Shown here one piece after another: positions 19,923 to 31,208 of a stretch of DNA of 64,000 nucleotides. The DNA lies in NCBI GenBank assembly GCA_023420935.1, contig JAEZUR010000071.1, forward strand, positions 47,434-111,433, written 5' to 3'. The notes beneath the pieces were generated by a model. The model saw nothing but the letters and a program-made list of their open reading frames with translations, did no database searches and had not been told where the DNA came from. The translations under genes and the position numbers were made by a program. This stretch comes from Bacillota bacterium. Lineage in GTDB: Bacteria > Bacillota > Clostridia > Lachnospirales > Lachnospiraceae. Position 1 is the first letter of the stretch, and each line of letters begins with the position of its first letter.

Positions 19923-19944
19923 TCTCTTTAATATCTGAGAATGT

Positions 19945-19988
19945 AACGAGAACGTAGTAATGGTTCAACACTACGTTCTCGTTTTTTT
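19945..19988 (+). terminator. Intrinsic terminator after asnS
   Basis: 14-bp stem AACGAGAACGTAGT / ACTACGTTCTCGTT followed by a T-run. Confidence 0.8.
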
Positions 19989-20017
19989 GTATAAATTAGC
20001 TATCCATGGATACAATA
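19989..20017 (+). promoter_or_regulatory. Possible forespore (sigma-F/G-like) promoter for the germinant receptor operon
   Basis: GTATA (19989-19993), 14 nt, GGATACAATA (20008-20017). It resembles the GYATA ... GGnrAnAnTw pattern, but the spacing is one nt short of what I recall. Confidence 0.3.
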
Positions 20018-20058
20018 GGTATTAAATTTGTAAAGGAAGATAGGAGCTTTTAGTATAA

Positions 20059-21570
20059 ATGAAAAACTTACATGATGAAAATAATACCGTACTTGTTCCA
20101 TTTTCTACTTCGTTACAAGAGAATATAGATATCTATGAAACCCTATTTGAAAATTGCCAGGATGTGATTAAGAGAACATTCGAAATTGGCGGAGAAAATC
20201 GAGTTCAGATCTATTTATCCTATATTGATAATATGGTATCAAGAGATCTGCTAGAGGAAGACTCTATTAAAAATTTGCTTTATAAAATGGATCGTCTACC
20301 TGCTACGAACCATTTTGAATATATTAAAGATAAGGGTCTTAGAACAGCAGACCTTAGTGAGATATTCACCATGGAAGATGTTGTACAAGCAGTACTTTCT
20401 GGTGATACCATTATTATGGTAGATGGTTACGAAAAAGCAATTAAAATTGCCAGCAAAGGATATCCAGGAAGATCGGTTTCCACATCGGATGCCGAATTAT
20501 CGGTAAGAGGAGCAAAAGATAGTTTTACTGAGAGTATTGCGGTAAATAAAGTCCTAATTCGTCGAAGAATTCGAGATACCAAGTTGAAAGTTGAATCCAT
20601 GAAGGTTGGTATTAGAAGTAAAACTGATATAGCACTATTATATATATCAGATATTGCTGACGAGGAACTACTAAGAGATATTAAAAATAAAATACAAACT
20701 TTTATTATTGATGGTGTATTAGATAGTGGTATGTTAGAACAACTTACGGAAGACTCGTGGTATTCACCCTTTCCTCAATTTCAAGCAACGGAACGTCCCG
20801 ACAAAGTTGCAGCCTCTATTTTAGAGGGAAGAATTGCAATTATTGTTGATAACTCGCCTTTTGTACTGTTAATACCAACAACAGTGAATTCTTTCTTCCA
20901 AGCGTCTGATGATTATAATAATCGATGGGAGATAGCTACATTTACAAGATGTATACGCTATATCGCGGCAATCATCGCCATGGGTTTGCCTGGATTTTAT
21001 ATTGCTATTACGAATTTTCAACCAGAAATTATTCCAACTTCTTTAGCTCTGTCGTTTGCTGCAGCAAGAGAAGGGGTACCTTTCTCGGTAGTGTTTGAAG
21101 TAATTCTTATGGAATTAGCATTTGAATTACTAAGAGAAGCAGGAATTAGGCTTCCAGGACCGTTGGGTAGTACCATAGGAATTGTCGGTGGACTTATCAT
21201 AGGAGATGCAGCAGTTAGTGCTAATTTAGTTAGTCCTCTCATTGTGATAGTTGTTGCATTAACGGCCATATCCTCATTTGCGATACCAAATGAAGCATTT
21301 GCATCTGCCTTCCGTTTAACAAGATATGTAATTATATTATTATGCGCTTGGCTTGGGTTATTTGGATTTATCTGTGGATTGGTTATTGTGTTAATCCATT
21401 TGTCCAGCTTGGAAAGCTTCGGAATTCCATATATGATGCCATTTGCAGCATCTGGTACGGAAGAAATGGATCAGACAGGAGACGGTATGTTGCGTATGCC
21501 AAGTTTCCGACTTCGCAATCGACCAGTGTTTGCGAAGAAAGGTGAAAGAACAAGATTGAAGAAAAAGTAG
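20059..21570 (+). CDS. Spore germination protein, GerA-family A subunit
   Basis: 503 aa. The conserved GerAA core (GYPGRSV..., RIAIIVDNSPFVLL) and C-terminal TM helices are present. Confidence 0.85.
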   Translation: MKNLHDENNTVLVPFSTSLQENIDIYETLFENCQDVIKRTFEIGGENRVQIYLSYIDNMVSRDLLEEDSIKNLLYKMDRLPATNHFEYIKDKGLRTADLSEIFTMEDVVQAVLSGDTIIMVDGYEKAIKIASKGYPGRSVSTSDAELSVRGAKDSFTESIAVNKVLIRRRIRDTKLKVESMKVGIRSKTDIALLYISDIADEELLRDIKNKIQTFIIDGVLDSGMLEQLTEDSWYSPFPQFQATERPDKVAASILEGRIAIIVDNSPFVLLIPTTVNSFFQASDDYNNRWEIATFTRCIRYIAAIIAMGLPGFYIAITNFQPEIIPTSLALSFAAAREGVPFSVVFEVILMELAFELLREAGIRLPGPLGSTIGIVGGLIIGDAAVSANLVSPLIVIVVALTAISSFAIPNEAFASAFRLTRYVIILLCAWLGLFGFICGLVIVLIHLSSLESFGIPYMMPFAASGTEEMDQTGDGMLRMPSFRLRNRPVFAKKGERTRLKKK

Positions 21571-21578
21571 GTGATGGC

Positions 21579-22742
21579 ATGTTTGCTCGTAATGATAAGA
21601 TTTCAAAAAGACAACAAAAAAGGATGCTAGTACTTGATGTATTTAGCTTATCTTGTCTTATTATTCCTTATATAGCAGTGAATAGCGCAGGTGCAGGAGG
21701 GATTGCGACAGTACTAATCGGGACTGTCCTTGCCATGCTTTATGCAGGTATTTTATACATTTGTGCAAGGCAATTTATTGATGAGAAGAAGAAAAGAATT
21801 AACTTTATGGCATATTCAAAACAGAATGTCGGAAGTTTTTTTGCAGGGGTAATAGGAGTTCTTTATCTAGTGAAACTATTTTTGTTATTAACATTCTCGG
21901 CAAGTCTATTTGCTCAAGTGATAGGCAAGACATTACTCATTGAAACTAGTGTAAATGTAGTAATAGCAGTTTTACTTCTAGTATCAGCATATGGAGCAAT
22001 GCATGGAATAGAAAAAAGAGCGAGATTAACAGAAATTCTTTATATATTAGTTATGGTACCATTGATTTTATATTTAATATTAGGAATCCCCAAAATAGAG
22101 TTTACTAATTTAACGACTGGTGCCGTTAATAGTAACTTTCCAAAGACTGGTATCATATGGGGAAGTTTATTTATCCTACTGACATTCTGTGCTTTGGATG
22201 GCATTATCTTTACACATTTTCATGTGAAGTATACGGAGGAAAAGCGATACTTTACTCCGGTATTCGTTGCACTTACAATACTTGGAGTTGCAGACTTATT
22301 AATTTACCTAGTTACAGTAGGTATTCTTGGAGTAGGGGAAGCAGGCAGTAAGTTATGGTCATCTGTTACCATTATGCAGATTATTGAGATTCCTGGTGAG
22401 TTTGTTAGAAGACAGGATAAAATAATGTTAGCCTTTTGGATGCTTAGTATATTTAATATATTAACATATTGTTTTTTCTATATGGTCCAGATTACGAAAG
22501 ACTATATAGGGCAATGTTTTATCAAAGATTTTGAGAAATACAGTAAAGCAAATAAGTACATTGTACTAATATACGGAATTCTCGCATTTGGTTTAGCGTC
22601 CACCATGACAGACATTGAGGTTCAATTCATTCAATTTGGTAAATATCTGTTGTGTATCGGTGTACCACAATCTATTATAATACCTCTCATATTAATTGGA
22701 GTTAGTAAGATTAGAAGGGGGAAAATAGCCGATGAGAAATAA
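21579..22742 (+). CDS. Spore germination protein, GerA-family B subunit (APC-type permease)
   Basis: About 10 TM helices; N-terminus ISKRQQ; positioned between the A and C subunits. Confidence 0.8.
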   Translation: MFARNDKISKRQQKRMLVLDVFSLSCLIIPYIAVNSAGAGGIATVLIGTVLAMLYAGILYICARQFIDEKKKRINFMAYSKQNVGSFFAGVIGVLYLVKLFLLLTFSASLFAQVIGKTLLIETSVNVVIAVLLLVSAYGAMHGIEKRARLTEILYILVMVPLILYLILGIPKIEFTNLTTGAVNSNFPKTGIIWGSLFILLTFCALDGIIFTHFHVKYTEEKRYFTPVFVALTILGVADLLIYLVTVGILGVGEAGSKLWSSVTIMQIIEIPGEFVRRQDKIMLAFWMLSIFNILTYCFFYMVQITKDYIGQCFIKDFEKYSKANKYIVLIYGILAFGLASTMTDIEVQFIQFGKYLLCIGVPQSIIIPLILIGVSKIRRGKIADEK

Positions 22743-23790
22743 GTTGATTCAGTATTTTTATATACTCCTTCTTTTTTTTGTAGCTGGAATGTTAACTGGA
22801 TGCAGTGATATGGTACAGATTGAAGATAGAGATTTTGTGATGGGTCTAGCACTGAGCTACGATAATAATGAGTTTACTGCTATTTTGCAGAGACCAGATT
22901 TACAAAGCATTACCGGTCAAGGTGTTACTGATGAGCAGGAATTACTAGTTAGCTTTACCGGAGAAAACCTATCTAGGATTAAAGAGGCTTACGCCAAACA
23001 ATCTGAGAAACGACTGGACTTTAGTCACCTAAAAGTGATTATTTTAGATCATAAAATATCAGAGAGCAAAAAAGGTATGAATGAATTTCTACGCTACGTT
23101 GAGGATGAATATGAGATTTCTAGAAATACACTGGTATTTTATACAGCTGATGATGAAGGTATTATTAATGGAAAGATTGGAGACGAGTTACAGTCGCTGT
23201 ATCAAAACAATCCATCCAATGCAGATATAAAAAAAGTAACGGTAGGTGATATGATAAATTGCCTTTATCAGCCAGATAAAGTAATCATACTTCCATTGAT
23301 TAAAATAACGAAAGAAGGTATTTCTCTTGAGGGAGCAGGGATATTTCAGAAAAATCTATATGGTGCAAGAATGTCAGAAGATGACCTAACCCAGTGGAAT
23401 ATGCTTCAGGGTAAAGGTACCAAACGCTATATTAGCCTACCGGAAGGTCAGGTGTTAAAGGTTAGGCAGTTAAAAACAAAATATCAATATTCTATGACGG
23501 ATGGTACTCCATTCATTCAAATCTATATGGAAGGTGAAGCTGAATTAGTGGAGGAGATGGAAGATACCAGAAAGGATCTTAAAAATAGTTTAAATAGTTT
23601 TCTTAAGAGTAATATGGAACGTCAAATTAATGATATGATTAAAGTAAATCAATTAGATTACTTGAATTTCTATCGAAATATGTCATATAGAAATAGGAAA
23701 ATGTGGACCACATACAAAGGAAAACAAGAAGAATTTCTAAATGAGGTAACGGTATTGCTTGATATGGATATTAAAGTAGAACAACATTAA
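22732..23790 (+). CDS. Spore germination protein, Ger(x)C-family lipoprotein
   Basis: Lipobox LTGCSD followed by IEDRDFVMGLA, the typical GerxC N-terminus. It overlaps the B subunit stop. Confidence 0.8.
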   Translation: MRNKLIQYFYILLLFFVAGMLTGCSDMVQIEDRDFVMGLALSYDNNEFTAILQRPDLQSITGQGVTDEQELLVSFTGENLSRIKEAYAKQSEKRLDFSHLKVIILDHKISESKKGMNEFLRYVEDEYEISRNTLVFYTADDEGIINGKIGDELQSLYQNNPSNADIKKVTVGDMINCLYQPDKVIILPLIKITKEGISLEGAGIFQKNLYGARMSEDDLTQWNMLQGKGTKRYISLPEGQVLKVRQLKTKYQYSMTDGTPFIQIYMEGEAELVEEMEDTRKDLKNSLNSFLKSNMERQINDMIKVNQLDYLNFYRNMSYRNRKMWTTYKGKQEEFLNEVTVLLDMDIKVEQH

Positions 23791-23893
23791 AGGCACGTAT
23801 TTTATTACAATAGGTAAAAAGGATAAAGTAGTAATTTTATGAAAGGAAAAATGATATTTTCTTAAAATAATTAACAAAAATGAAAAAAATAAT

Positions 23894-23922
23894 TTGACAA
23901 ATTCTTGTCAGCGTATTAGTAT
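23894..23922 (+). promoter_or_regulatory. Sigma-A type promoter upstream of the second MCP
   Basis: TTGACA (23894-23899), 17 nt, TAGTAT (23917-23922). Confidence 0.45.
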
Positions 23923-23930
23923 GATTTTGA

Positions 23931-23970
23931 AATCGAGGAAGGTTTTTGAAAAACTTCCTCGATTTTTTTT
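23931..23970 (+). terminator. Intrinsic terminator / attenuator hairpin between the promoter and the MCP start codon
   Basis: AAATCGAGGAAG / CTTCCTCGATTT stem followed by T8. It lies about 8 nt downstream of the -10 box and 30 nt upstream of ATG 24000. Confidence 0.6.
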
Positions 23971-23999
23971 GTTACTAAAAGACAAAGGAGAGGATTATT

Positions 24000-26168
24000 A
24001 TGAAGGAAAAGTTTGCGTATTTATGTAACCGTCGGTTAAAGAACAGGTCAGAATCAATCTTTGAAGGAATCTCAAATGGCAGGAAAAAGGCACTGGATAA
24101 CTGGTTTAAAGATCAATGGATGCAATTACATTCTATTGCTAAAACGTTGGTGATTTTAAATGAGTCTCCTGAGATATTAACCGAGACACTTATAGAAGCT
24201 ACAGACCATCATAAAGTCTTTATTGAAGTATTTTTGCTGGATCAAGAAGGAACAGTGATTGCGTCGTCTTTTTCAAAACGTGTAGGAAAACAATTAAAAG
24301 ATCTTCCTAATTATAAAAAAGGTATTGCAAATGAAAGCTACATGTATGGTCCATATTGCGATAAAGAAACGTTGGAGTTAGATCTTTCCAACAAACAATT
24401 TTACGATGAGGTAACTTTATTATTTTCTGAGCCTTATTATAACAACGAACAAATTCGAGTTTTATGTGCAAGAGTATTGAATGATGATATGAGTAATGTA
24501 ATACAAGATGAAGATACTCATATATATAAAGATTCAGGGGATAATTATTTGTTTATGATTGAAAACACTAGAGGTATACCACAAGGTACCGCTATATCGA
24601 GAAGCCGATTTGAAGACAGGACATTTACCTTAGGTGAAAATCTAAAAGACGGAATCCGTACGAAACGTTGGGGTGAGATTAAAATTAATGCTCACACCGA
24701 ATTTGAAGTAATATTTAATGATCCCGCCACGAAAGGCCTTCATGAAGGTGTAAAAAAGACAATTCAGAAGAAAGAGAATCTAGATTGTTGGCCAGGGTAT
24801 CCAGACTATCGTCATATTATGGTAGGTGGTAAAGGAACGATTATTACACCGCCGAATTCGGATGAAGTATGGGGCATGATGTGTGAAGGTGATATAGCAG
24901 AAATCTATAATTTTCAAAGTGTTAGTAGGAGGTTACCTCTTTTTGTTGGTGGAATTTCGCTTGTATCCATTCTCATTAATCATGTGTTAGAATCCTACTT
25001 ATCATCTCTTCGCATCCTAACAGATTTTATGATTTTTCTTATTATGATTGCAGCAGCTTATGTTATTACCAATTTAATTATTGTGAAGCCAATTAACAAG
25101 ACAGTTCGCATCCTTCGTCATATTGCAGAAGGAGAAGGAGATTTAACCAAACGTGTTACCGTATATTCTCCCAACGAAATAGGAGAATTATCAAGATGGT
25201 TTAATAAATTTGTTAGCAATCAAATGAATATGTTAAAACGAGTTGGTGCATCGGTACAGATTGCACAAAAAGCGGTGAAGCGAGTATCAAGATCAACAAG
25301 AAAAATTCAGGATAGTATTACTACCATTGGGGAAACTGTAACTGTATTATCTAATAACTCGATGGAACAGAATGAATTATTTAAACAGACTCAAAAAGAA
25401 GTGAATCGAATTGCTGATTCCTTTGAAAAAAACGACGAGTTAGAACAACTTATTACTGAGATTAGTGAAAAAACAGAAAGCACATCTGCAGCAGCAGAAT
25501 CAGCATCTGAGTTAACAGATGAAGTAAATACAACTACCAACGAATTAGAGAATGCAATGCAAAATGCACTTTCTAGTATTGCTAGTTTAGAGAAGGAATC
25601 TGGTGAAATTACTCAGATTATAAGTACCATAACAGCCATAAGTAAACAAACAAGTCTTCTGGCACTGAACGCATCCATTGAAGCAGCTAGAGCAGGAGAA
25701 GCGGGAAAGGGATTTACTGTCGTTGCAGAAGAGATTAAAAAATTGGCTATGCAAACAAGCGATGCTACCACCATGGTCGAGCAGTTAATTTCGTCGATAC
25801 AAACCGAAATTGATACAACCAATAACAACATCAATTTAATTGATTACAAAGTAACTGCTACTATAAAAAGTGCAAAAGAAAGTTCAAAGTCAGTTGCTTT
25901 GGTGATAGATGTTTCAAAAACCATTTCCTACATATTAAATATTATGGGTGAACAAAATACCCTTATTAAAGAAGTTCGCAGTAATATACGTAATATGGCA
26001 AGTAAGAGTGAGAAAAATGCCATTGTTGGAGAGGAAAGTAGCAGTCAGGCATTGGCACTTATTGATTCCATTATAAAACAAACTTATAAGCTGAATCAGG
26101 TTCTCGAAGACTTGGAATACTCAACAGATGACCTTAATAATATGGTCGGTGCTTTTAAGGTCCAGTAG
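24000..26168 (+). CDS. Methyl-accepting chemotaxis protein (periplasmic sensor, HAMP, MCP signalling domain)
   Basis: Large N-terminal extracytoplasmic region, a TM segment, a HAMP domain ([12 protein letters not shown]) and the core [27 protein letters not shown]. Confidence 0.85.
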   Translation: MKEKFAYLCNRRLKNRSESIFEGISNGRKKALDNWFKDQWMQLHSIAKTLVILNESPEILTETLIEATDHHKVFIEVFLLDQEGTVIASSFSKRVGKQLKDLPNYKKGIANESYMYGPYCDKETLELDLSNKQFYDEVTLLFSEPYYNNEQIRVLCARVLNDDMSNVIQDEDTHIYKDSGDNYLFMIENTRGIPQGTAISRSRFEDRTFTLGENLKDGIRTKRWGEIKINAHTEFEVIFNDPATKGLHEGVKKTIQKKENLDCWPGYPDYRHIMVGGKGTIITPPNSDEVWGMMCEGDIAEIYNFQSVSRRLPLFVGGISLVSILINHVLESYLSSLRILTDFMIFLIMIAAAYVITNLIIVKPINKTVRILRHIAEGEGDLTKRVTVYSPNEIGELSRWFNKFVSNQMNMLKRVGASVQIAQKAVKRVSRSTRKIQDSITTIGETVTVLSNNSMEQNELFKQTQKEVNRIADSFEKNDELEQLITEISEKTESTSAAAESASELTDEVNTTTNELENAMQNALSSIASLEKESGEITQIISTITAISKQTSLLALNASIEAARAGEAGKGFTVVAEEIKKLAMQTSDATTMVEQLISSIQTEIDTTNNNINLIDYKVTATIKSAKESSKSVALVIDVSKTISYILNIMGEQNTLIKEVRSNIRNMASKSEKNAIVGEESSSQALALIDSIIKQTYKLNQVLEDLEYSTDDLNNMVGAFKVQ

Positions 26169-26299
26169 TAAAAAAGACCTTTTCTTCTTGTTGTAAAAAA
26201 GGTAAAAATATGGTATGTTTATATTGACTATTTAAATGTTATAGTTTAAAATGAGCGGTGTTTTCAAGAAACCGAATAGAATCAAAAGGAGGAAATGAA

Positions 26300-27481
26300 A
26301 TGAAAAAGAAAATGTTAGCATTATTACTAACAGTAGCTATGGTTGTGTCATTTGCAGGTTGCGGAACGAAAGCAAATAATACACCAGTGGGAGAGGCAAC
26401 TACAGATACGGCAGCAACAGATGATGCAGCGGCAACAACAGCAGCAACAGATGATGCCAATAACACATCTTCAGGAGATAGTGCATCTGGTTATGAATTA
26501 GCATTAGTTACAGATCTTGGAACAATTGATGACAAATCATTTAACCAAGGTGCTTGGGAAGGTTTAACAAAATATGCAGAAGAAAAAGGTATTTCTTATA
26601 AGTATTATCAGCCAGCTGAAGGTACTGATGCTGCATACTTAGAAACAATTGGTTTAGCAGTAGAAGGTGGAGCAAAATTAGTAGTATGCCCAGGTTATTT
26701 ATTTGAATATCCAGTATATGAAGCTCAGACTCAATACCCAGATGTTAAATTTATCTTATTAGATGGAGAACCACATACAGTTGATTATGCAACTTATAAA
26801 ACAGAAGCAAATGTAGCACCAATTCTTTACTCAGAGCAACAAGCAGGTTTCCTTGCAGGATATGCAGCAGTAAAAGATGGTTATACTAAACTTGGTTTTA
26901 TGGGTGGTATGGCAGTTCCAGCGGTTATCCGTTATGGTTATGGATTTATCCAAGGTGCTGATTATGCAGCACAAGAATTGGGAATTAAAGCAGTAGATAT
27001 TCAATATCACTACACAGGAGCATTTGTTGCTTCTCCAGAAGCACAAGCTATGGCAGCAGCTTGGTATCAGAATGGTACAGAAGTAATCTTTGGTTGTGGT
27101 GGTGCAGTTGGTAACTCTGTTATGGCAGCTGCTGAAGCAGCCAATGCAAAAGTAATCGGTGTAGACGTTGACCAATCATCTGAATCTGCTTCTGTTATTA
27201 CTTCAGCAATGAAGATGCTTTCAAACTCAGTATATGATGAAGTTACAGCATACTACGATAACAAGTTTACAGGCGGAAAAACTACAATTTTTGACGCATC
27301 AAACAATGGTATCGGTCTTCCAATGGAAACTTCTAAATTTAATAAATTTACTCAGGCTGATTACGATGCAATTTTTGCTAAATTAGTATCTGGTGAAGTG
27401 GTACCAGCAAAAGACGATGCAGCAGAAAGTGCAGAAAAAGTTCCAGTTAAGGTTGTTAAGGTTACTGAAGTAACTGAATAA
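26300..27481 (+). CDS. BMP-family (PnrA-like) ABC substrate-binding lipoprotein, probable nucleoside binding
   Basis: Lipobox FAGCG, a T/D/A-rich linker, and BMP motifs DKSFNQGAWEG and GFLAGYAA. ATG 26300 follows AAAGGAGG. Confidence 0.85.
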   Translation: MKKKMLALLLTVAMVVSFAGCGTKANNTPVGEATTDTAATDDAAATTAATDDANNTSSGDSASGYELALVTDLGTIDDKSFNQGAWEGLTKYAEEKGISYKYYQPAEGTDAAYLETIGLAVEGGAKLVVCPGYLFEYPVYEAQTQYPDVKFILLDGEPHTVDYATYKTEANVAPILYSEQQAGFLAGYAAVKDGYTKLGFMGGMAVPAVIRYGYGFIQGADYAAQELGIKAVDIQYHYTGAFVASPEAQAMAAAWYQNGTEVIFGCGGAVGNSVMAAAEAANAKVIGVDVDQSSESASVITSAMKMLSNSVYDEVTAYYDNKFTGGKTTIFDASNNGIGLPMETSKFNKFTQADYDAIFAKLVSGEVVPAKDDAAESAEKVPVKVVKVTEVTE

Positions 27482-27497
27482 TATATACACTTTTCTA

Positions 27498-27531
27498 AGA
27501 AAAGAGGGTGCATAGTACCCTCTTTTCTTTT
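27498..27531 (+). terminator. Stem-loop after the binding-protein gene (partial terminator / mRNA stabiliser)
   Basis: AGAAAAGAGGGT / ACCCTCTTTTCT stem followed by TTT. Confidence 0.55.
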
Positions 27532-27607
27532 ATCACAAATAACATAAGTCCGCCAGGCTGGTAATTATTTTAAGAAACATTGTATGGCGCGGCAGATGGG
27601 AGCAAAC

Positions 27608-29143
27608 ATGGACAATTATGTAATCGAGATGCAGAATATCACAAAGATTTTCCCTGGTATTATCGCAAATGATGACATTACTTTGCAAGTAAAAAAAGGT
27701 GAGATCCATGCCCTTTTAGGTGAAAATGGAGCTGGAAAATCAACTTTAATGAGTGTACTTTTTGGTTTATATCAAGCAGAAAAAGGTATTATTAAAGTTA
27801 GAGGAAAAGAAGAAAAAATCAATGGGCCTATGGACGCAAATACATTAGGGATCGGTATGGTTCATCAGCATTTTAAGTTAGTGCATAATTTTACAGTATT
27901 ACAGAATATAATTCTGGGTGTTGAGACAGTCAAGAATGGAATGCTTAAGATGGCAGAAGCTAGGGAAAAGGTTCTTTCTTTAAGTCAAAAGTACAATCTT
28001 ATGATTGAGCCCGATGCGCTTATATCAGATATATCTGTAGGTATGCAACAACGTGTGGAAATACTTAAAATGTTGTACCGTGAAAATGAAATCTTAATAT
28101 TGGATGAACCTACCGCTGTGTTAACTCCGCAAGAGATTGATGAGTTAATGAATATTATGAAAGGACTTGTAGCAGAAGGAAAATCTATTATTTTTATTAC
28201 GCACAAGTTAAACGAAATCAAGACGGTGGCTGACCGATGTAGTGTTTTACGTCGTGGTAAATATATCGGAACGGTAAACGTAGCGGATACAGATAAAGAA
28301 ACCATGTCAGAAATGATGGTAGGAAGAAAAGTAAACTTAAATATTGATAAGGGACTATCAAATCCTAAGGATACAATTCTTAATGTAAATAATTTATCGG
28401 TAAAGTCCAAACGTGAAGGCAATGCTAAACTAGTCGTTAATTCCGTAAACTTTGAGGTAAAAAGAGGAGAAATTCTCTGTATTGCTGGTATAGACGGTAA
28501 TGGACAGTCAGAATTAGTTCAGGCAATTACTGGTCTTATTCAAGCAGATTCTGGTTCGGTTACTTTAAATGGTGAAGATGTTACCAAGAAATCCATTCGC
28601 TATAAAAATACCCATGGATTATCCCATATTCCAGAAGATAGACATAAACATGGACTTGTTTTGGATTATAGTTTAGAAAAGAACTTAGTGTTACAAGAGT
28701 ATTTTTCAGAAAAGTTCCAAACTCGAGGATTCTTAAAATTCGGTAAAATAAGTGAATATGCCAATGCATTAATCGAAAAATTTGATATTAGAAGTAGCCA
28801 GGGTGGTGATACCATGGCAAGAAGTATGTCTGGTGGAAACCAGCAAAAAGCCATTGTTGCCAGAGAAATTAATCGAAATCCTGATATATTGATCGCAGTT
28901 CAGCCAACAAGAGGTTTGGACGTAGGTGCGATTGAATATATTCATAAGCAGTTAGTATCAGAAAGAGATAATGGAAAAGCAGTATTGCTAATTTCACTAG
29001 AGTTAGATGAAGTAATGAACTTAAGTGATCGTATTTTAGTAATCTATGAAGGAGAGATTGTTGCAGATCTAGATCCGAAAGAAGTTACGGTACAAGAATT
29101 AGGTTTATATATGGCAGGAACGAAAAGGGGGGACAAGAAATGA
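27608..29143 (+). CDS. ABC transporter ATP-binding protein with duplicated ATPase domains
   Basis: Walker A GENGAGKST, signature-like sequences, and a second domain GIDGNGQSE / LSGGNQQK. Confidence 0.85.
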   Translation: MDNYVIEMQNITKIFPGIIANDDITLQVKKGEIHALLGENGAGKSTLMSVLFGLYQAEKGIIKVRGKEEKINGPMDANTLGIGMVHQHFKLVHNFTVLQNIILGVETVKNGMLKMAEAREKVLSLSQKYNLMIEPDALISDISVGMQQRVEILKMLYRENEILILDEPTAVLTPQEIDELMNIMKGLVAEGKSIIFITHKLNEIKTVADRCSVLRRGKYIGTVNVADTDKETMSEMMVGRKVNLNIDKGLSNPKDTILNVNNLSVKSKREGNAKLVVNSVNFEVKRGEILCIAGIDGNGQSELVQAITGLIQADSGSVTLNGEDVTKKSIRYKNTHGLSHIPEDRHKHGLVLDYSLEKNLVLQEYFSEKFQTRGFLKFGKISEYANALIEKFDIRSSQGGDTMARSMSGGNQQKAIVAREINRNPDILIAVQPTRGLDVGAIEYIHKQLVSERDNGKAVLLISLELDEVMNLSDRILVIYEGEIVADLDPKEVTVQELGLYMAGTKRGDKK

Positions 29144-30225
29144 AGAAAAAATTAAGTATAAGTAGTGATTTTCTATCTTCCATTTTTGCCATTGTCCTTG
29201 GTTTGATTTTCGGATTTATTGTTCTAGTTATTAGTAATCCTTCTCAAGCAGTGGGTGGCTTTATTGCCATATTAACTGGATCTATAACCCATGGAATGAA
29301 GAGTATTGGACAGGTTCTTTATTACGCAACACCAATTATTTGTACTGGTCTTTCAGTAGGGTTTGCTTTTAAAACGGGACTTTTTAATATTGGTGCTACA
29401 GGCCAATTTACTATGGGCGCATTTGCAGCTGTTTTCGTTGGAGTAGTTGCCAAATCACTAGGTGGCGTTCATTGGGTGATAGCTCTTTTGGCAGCTGTTG
29501 TTGCTGGTGCTTTATGGGCATTAGTACCAGGTTTGTTAAAAGCGTTTGCTAACGTAAATGAAGTTATTTCCTCTATTATGATGAATTATATTGGTATGTA
29601 TTTAGTAAATTATGTTATTAAAAATAATACTGATATTTATGAAAAATTAAAAAATCAATCAAAAGCAGTTGCTGAATCTGCTAATATTCCTAAGTTTGGT
29701 TTAAATAAGCTATTCGCTGGATCTAATATTAACGGTGGAATCCTTATTGCTATTCTAGCAGTAATAATCATTTATGTGATATTAGAAAAAACAACATTAG
29801 GATATGAATTGAAAGCAGTTGGATTTAATCGTAATGCGAGTAAGTATGCTGGAATTAATGAAAAAAGAAGCATCGTATTATCCATGGTAATCGCAGGGGC
29901 ATTATCGGGGTTGGCAGGCGGTTTATTATACTTAGCAGGGTCAGGAAAGCACTTAGAGGTTGTTGATGTGTTAGCATCAGAAGGTTTTACTGGTATATCA
30001 GTAGCATTATTAGGATTGTTAAATCCAATTGGAATACTTTTAGCAGCAATCTTTATTGCGTATATTACCCAAGGTGGATTCTATATGCAGCTCTTTGATT
30101 TTGCACCTGAAGTAATTGACATGATTATTGCAGTAATTATTTACTTTAGTGCTTTTTCCTTATTGTTTAAGGCATTAATACAAAAATTACGTGATGGTAA
30201 GAAAAAAGAGGGGGGTGGACAGTAA
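29140..30225 (+). CDS. ABC transporter permease (BMP/ribose-type)
   Basis: Polytopic membrane protein whose start overlaps the ATPase stop. Confidence 0.8.
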   Translation: MKKKLSISSDFLSSIFAIVLGLIFGFIVLVISNPSQAVGGFIAILTGSITHGMKSIGQVLYYATPIICTGLSVGFAFKTGLFNIGATGQFTMGAFAAVFVGVVAKSLGGVHWVIALLAAVVAGALWALVPGLLKAFANVNEVISSIMMNYIGMYLVNYVIKNNTDIYEKLKNQSKAVAESANIPKFGLNKLFAGSNINGGILIAILAVIIIYVILEKTTLGYELKAVGFNRNASKYAGINEKRSIVLSMVIAGALSGLAGGLLYLAGSGKHLEVVDVLASEGFTGISVALLGLLNPIGILLAAIFIAYITQGGFYMQLFDFAPEVIDMIIAVIIYFSAFSLLFKALIQKLRDGKKKEGGGQ

Positions 30226-31178
30226 TGGAGACTTTATATTTTCTACTTCAGCAGACAATGTTCTTTTCCATTCCGCTTTTAGTCGTTGCCTTAGGAGGTC
30301 TATTTTCTGAACGTAGTGGTATTATAAATATTGCTTTGGAAGGAATTATGACGATTGGTGCTTTTGCTGGAATTCTATTTATTAATGTATTCGAAAATCG
30401 TTTATCAGGACAAATGCTATTATTGTTAGCGGTCATCGTGGCAGGAGTTGCGGGAGGACTCTTTTCGTTACTTCATGCATATGCTTCCATCAACATGAAA
30501 GCAGATCAGACCATTAGTGGTACTGCACTTAATATGTTAGCACCAGCATTTGCTATTTTTACAGCAAGAATGATATTTGGTGTACAGCAGATTAATTTTA
30601 CCAATACATTCCGTATCACTTCGGTGCCAGTACTCGGGAATATACCTGTACTTGGAGATTTGTTCTTTAAGAATACTTACATCACCACTTATATTGGTAT
30701 ATTAATATTTGTAATTTCTACCATTGTTTTATATAAAACAAGATTTGGGTTGAGATTACGTGCTTGTGGAGAGCATCCACAAGCAGCGGATTCAGTAGGT
30801 ATTAATGTATACCGTATGCGTTATGCAGGTGTTGTTATTTCTGGTATCTATGGTGGAATTGGTGGTCTGGTATTTGTAATTCCTACTTCTACAAACTTTA
30901 ATGCGACAGTAGCTGGTTATGGTTTCTTAGCGTTAGCCGTTTTAATTTTTGGACAATGGCAACCAACTAGAGTTTTATTTGCAGCAATGTTCTTCGGCAT
31001 TATGAAAGCAATTTCTGCTACTTATTCAGGAATTCCTTTATTAAGTGCTATGGAAATACCGAATACGGTATATAAAATGATTCCATATATTGCAACATTA
31101 GTGGTTCTTGCATTTACCTCTAAGAATTCAATGGCACCTCGTGCTGAGGGTATACCATATGATAAAGGAGCAAGATAG
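30225..31178 (+). CDS. ABC transporter permease (BMP/ribose-type)
   Basis: Polytopic membrane protein whose start overlaps the previous stop. Confidence 0.8.
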   Translation: METLYFLLQQTMFFSIPLLVVALGGLFSERSGIINIALEGIMTIGAFAGILFINVFENRLSGQMLLLLAVIVAGVAGGLFSLLHAYASINMKADQTISGTALNMLAPAFAIFTARMIFGVQQINFTNTFRITSVPVLGNIPVLGDLFFKNTYITTYIGILIFVISTIVLYKTRFGLRLRACGEHPQAADSVGINVYRMRYAGVVISGIYGGIGGLVFVIPTSTNFNATVAGYGFLALAVLIFGQWQPTRVLFAAMFFGIMKAISATYSGIPLLSAMEIPNTVYKMIPYIATLVVLAFTSKNSMAPRAEGIPYDKGAR

Positions 31179-31208
31179 ATTTTTATATAACGTTCTATGA
31201 TTGAATAA

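Noticed and set aside
26393-26465. T/D/A-rich low-complexity repeat (ATDDAAAT), also seen at about 43666-43750
   Set aside because: Both are flexible linkers just after the lipobox Cys of two substrate-binding lipoproteins. This is a common feature of Firmicute lipoproteins and not a repeat element.
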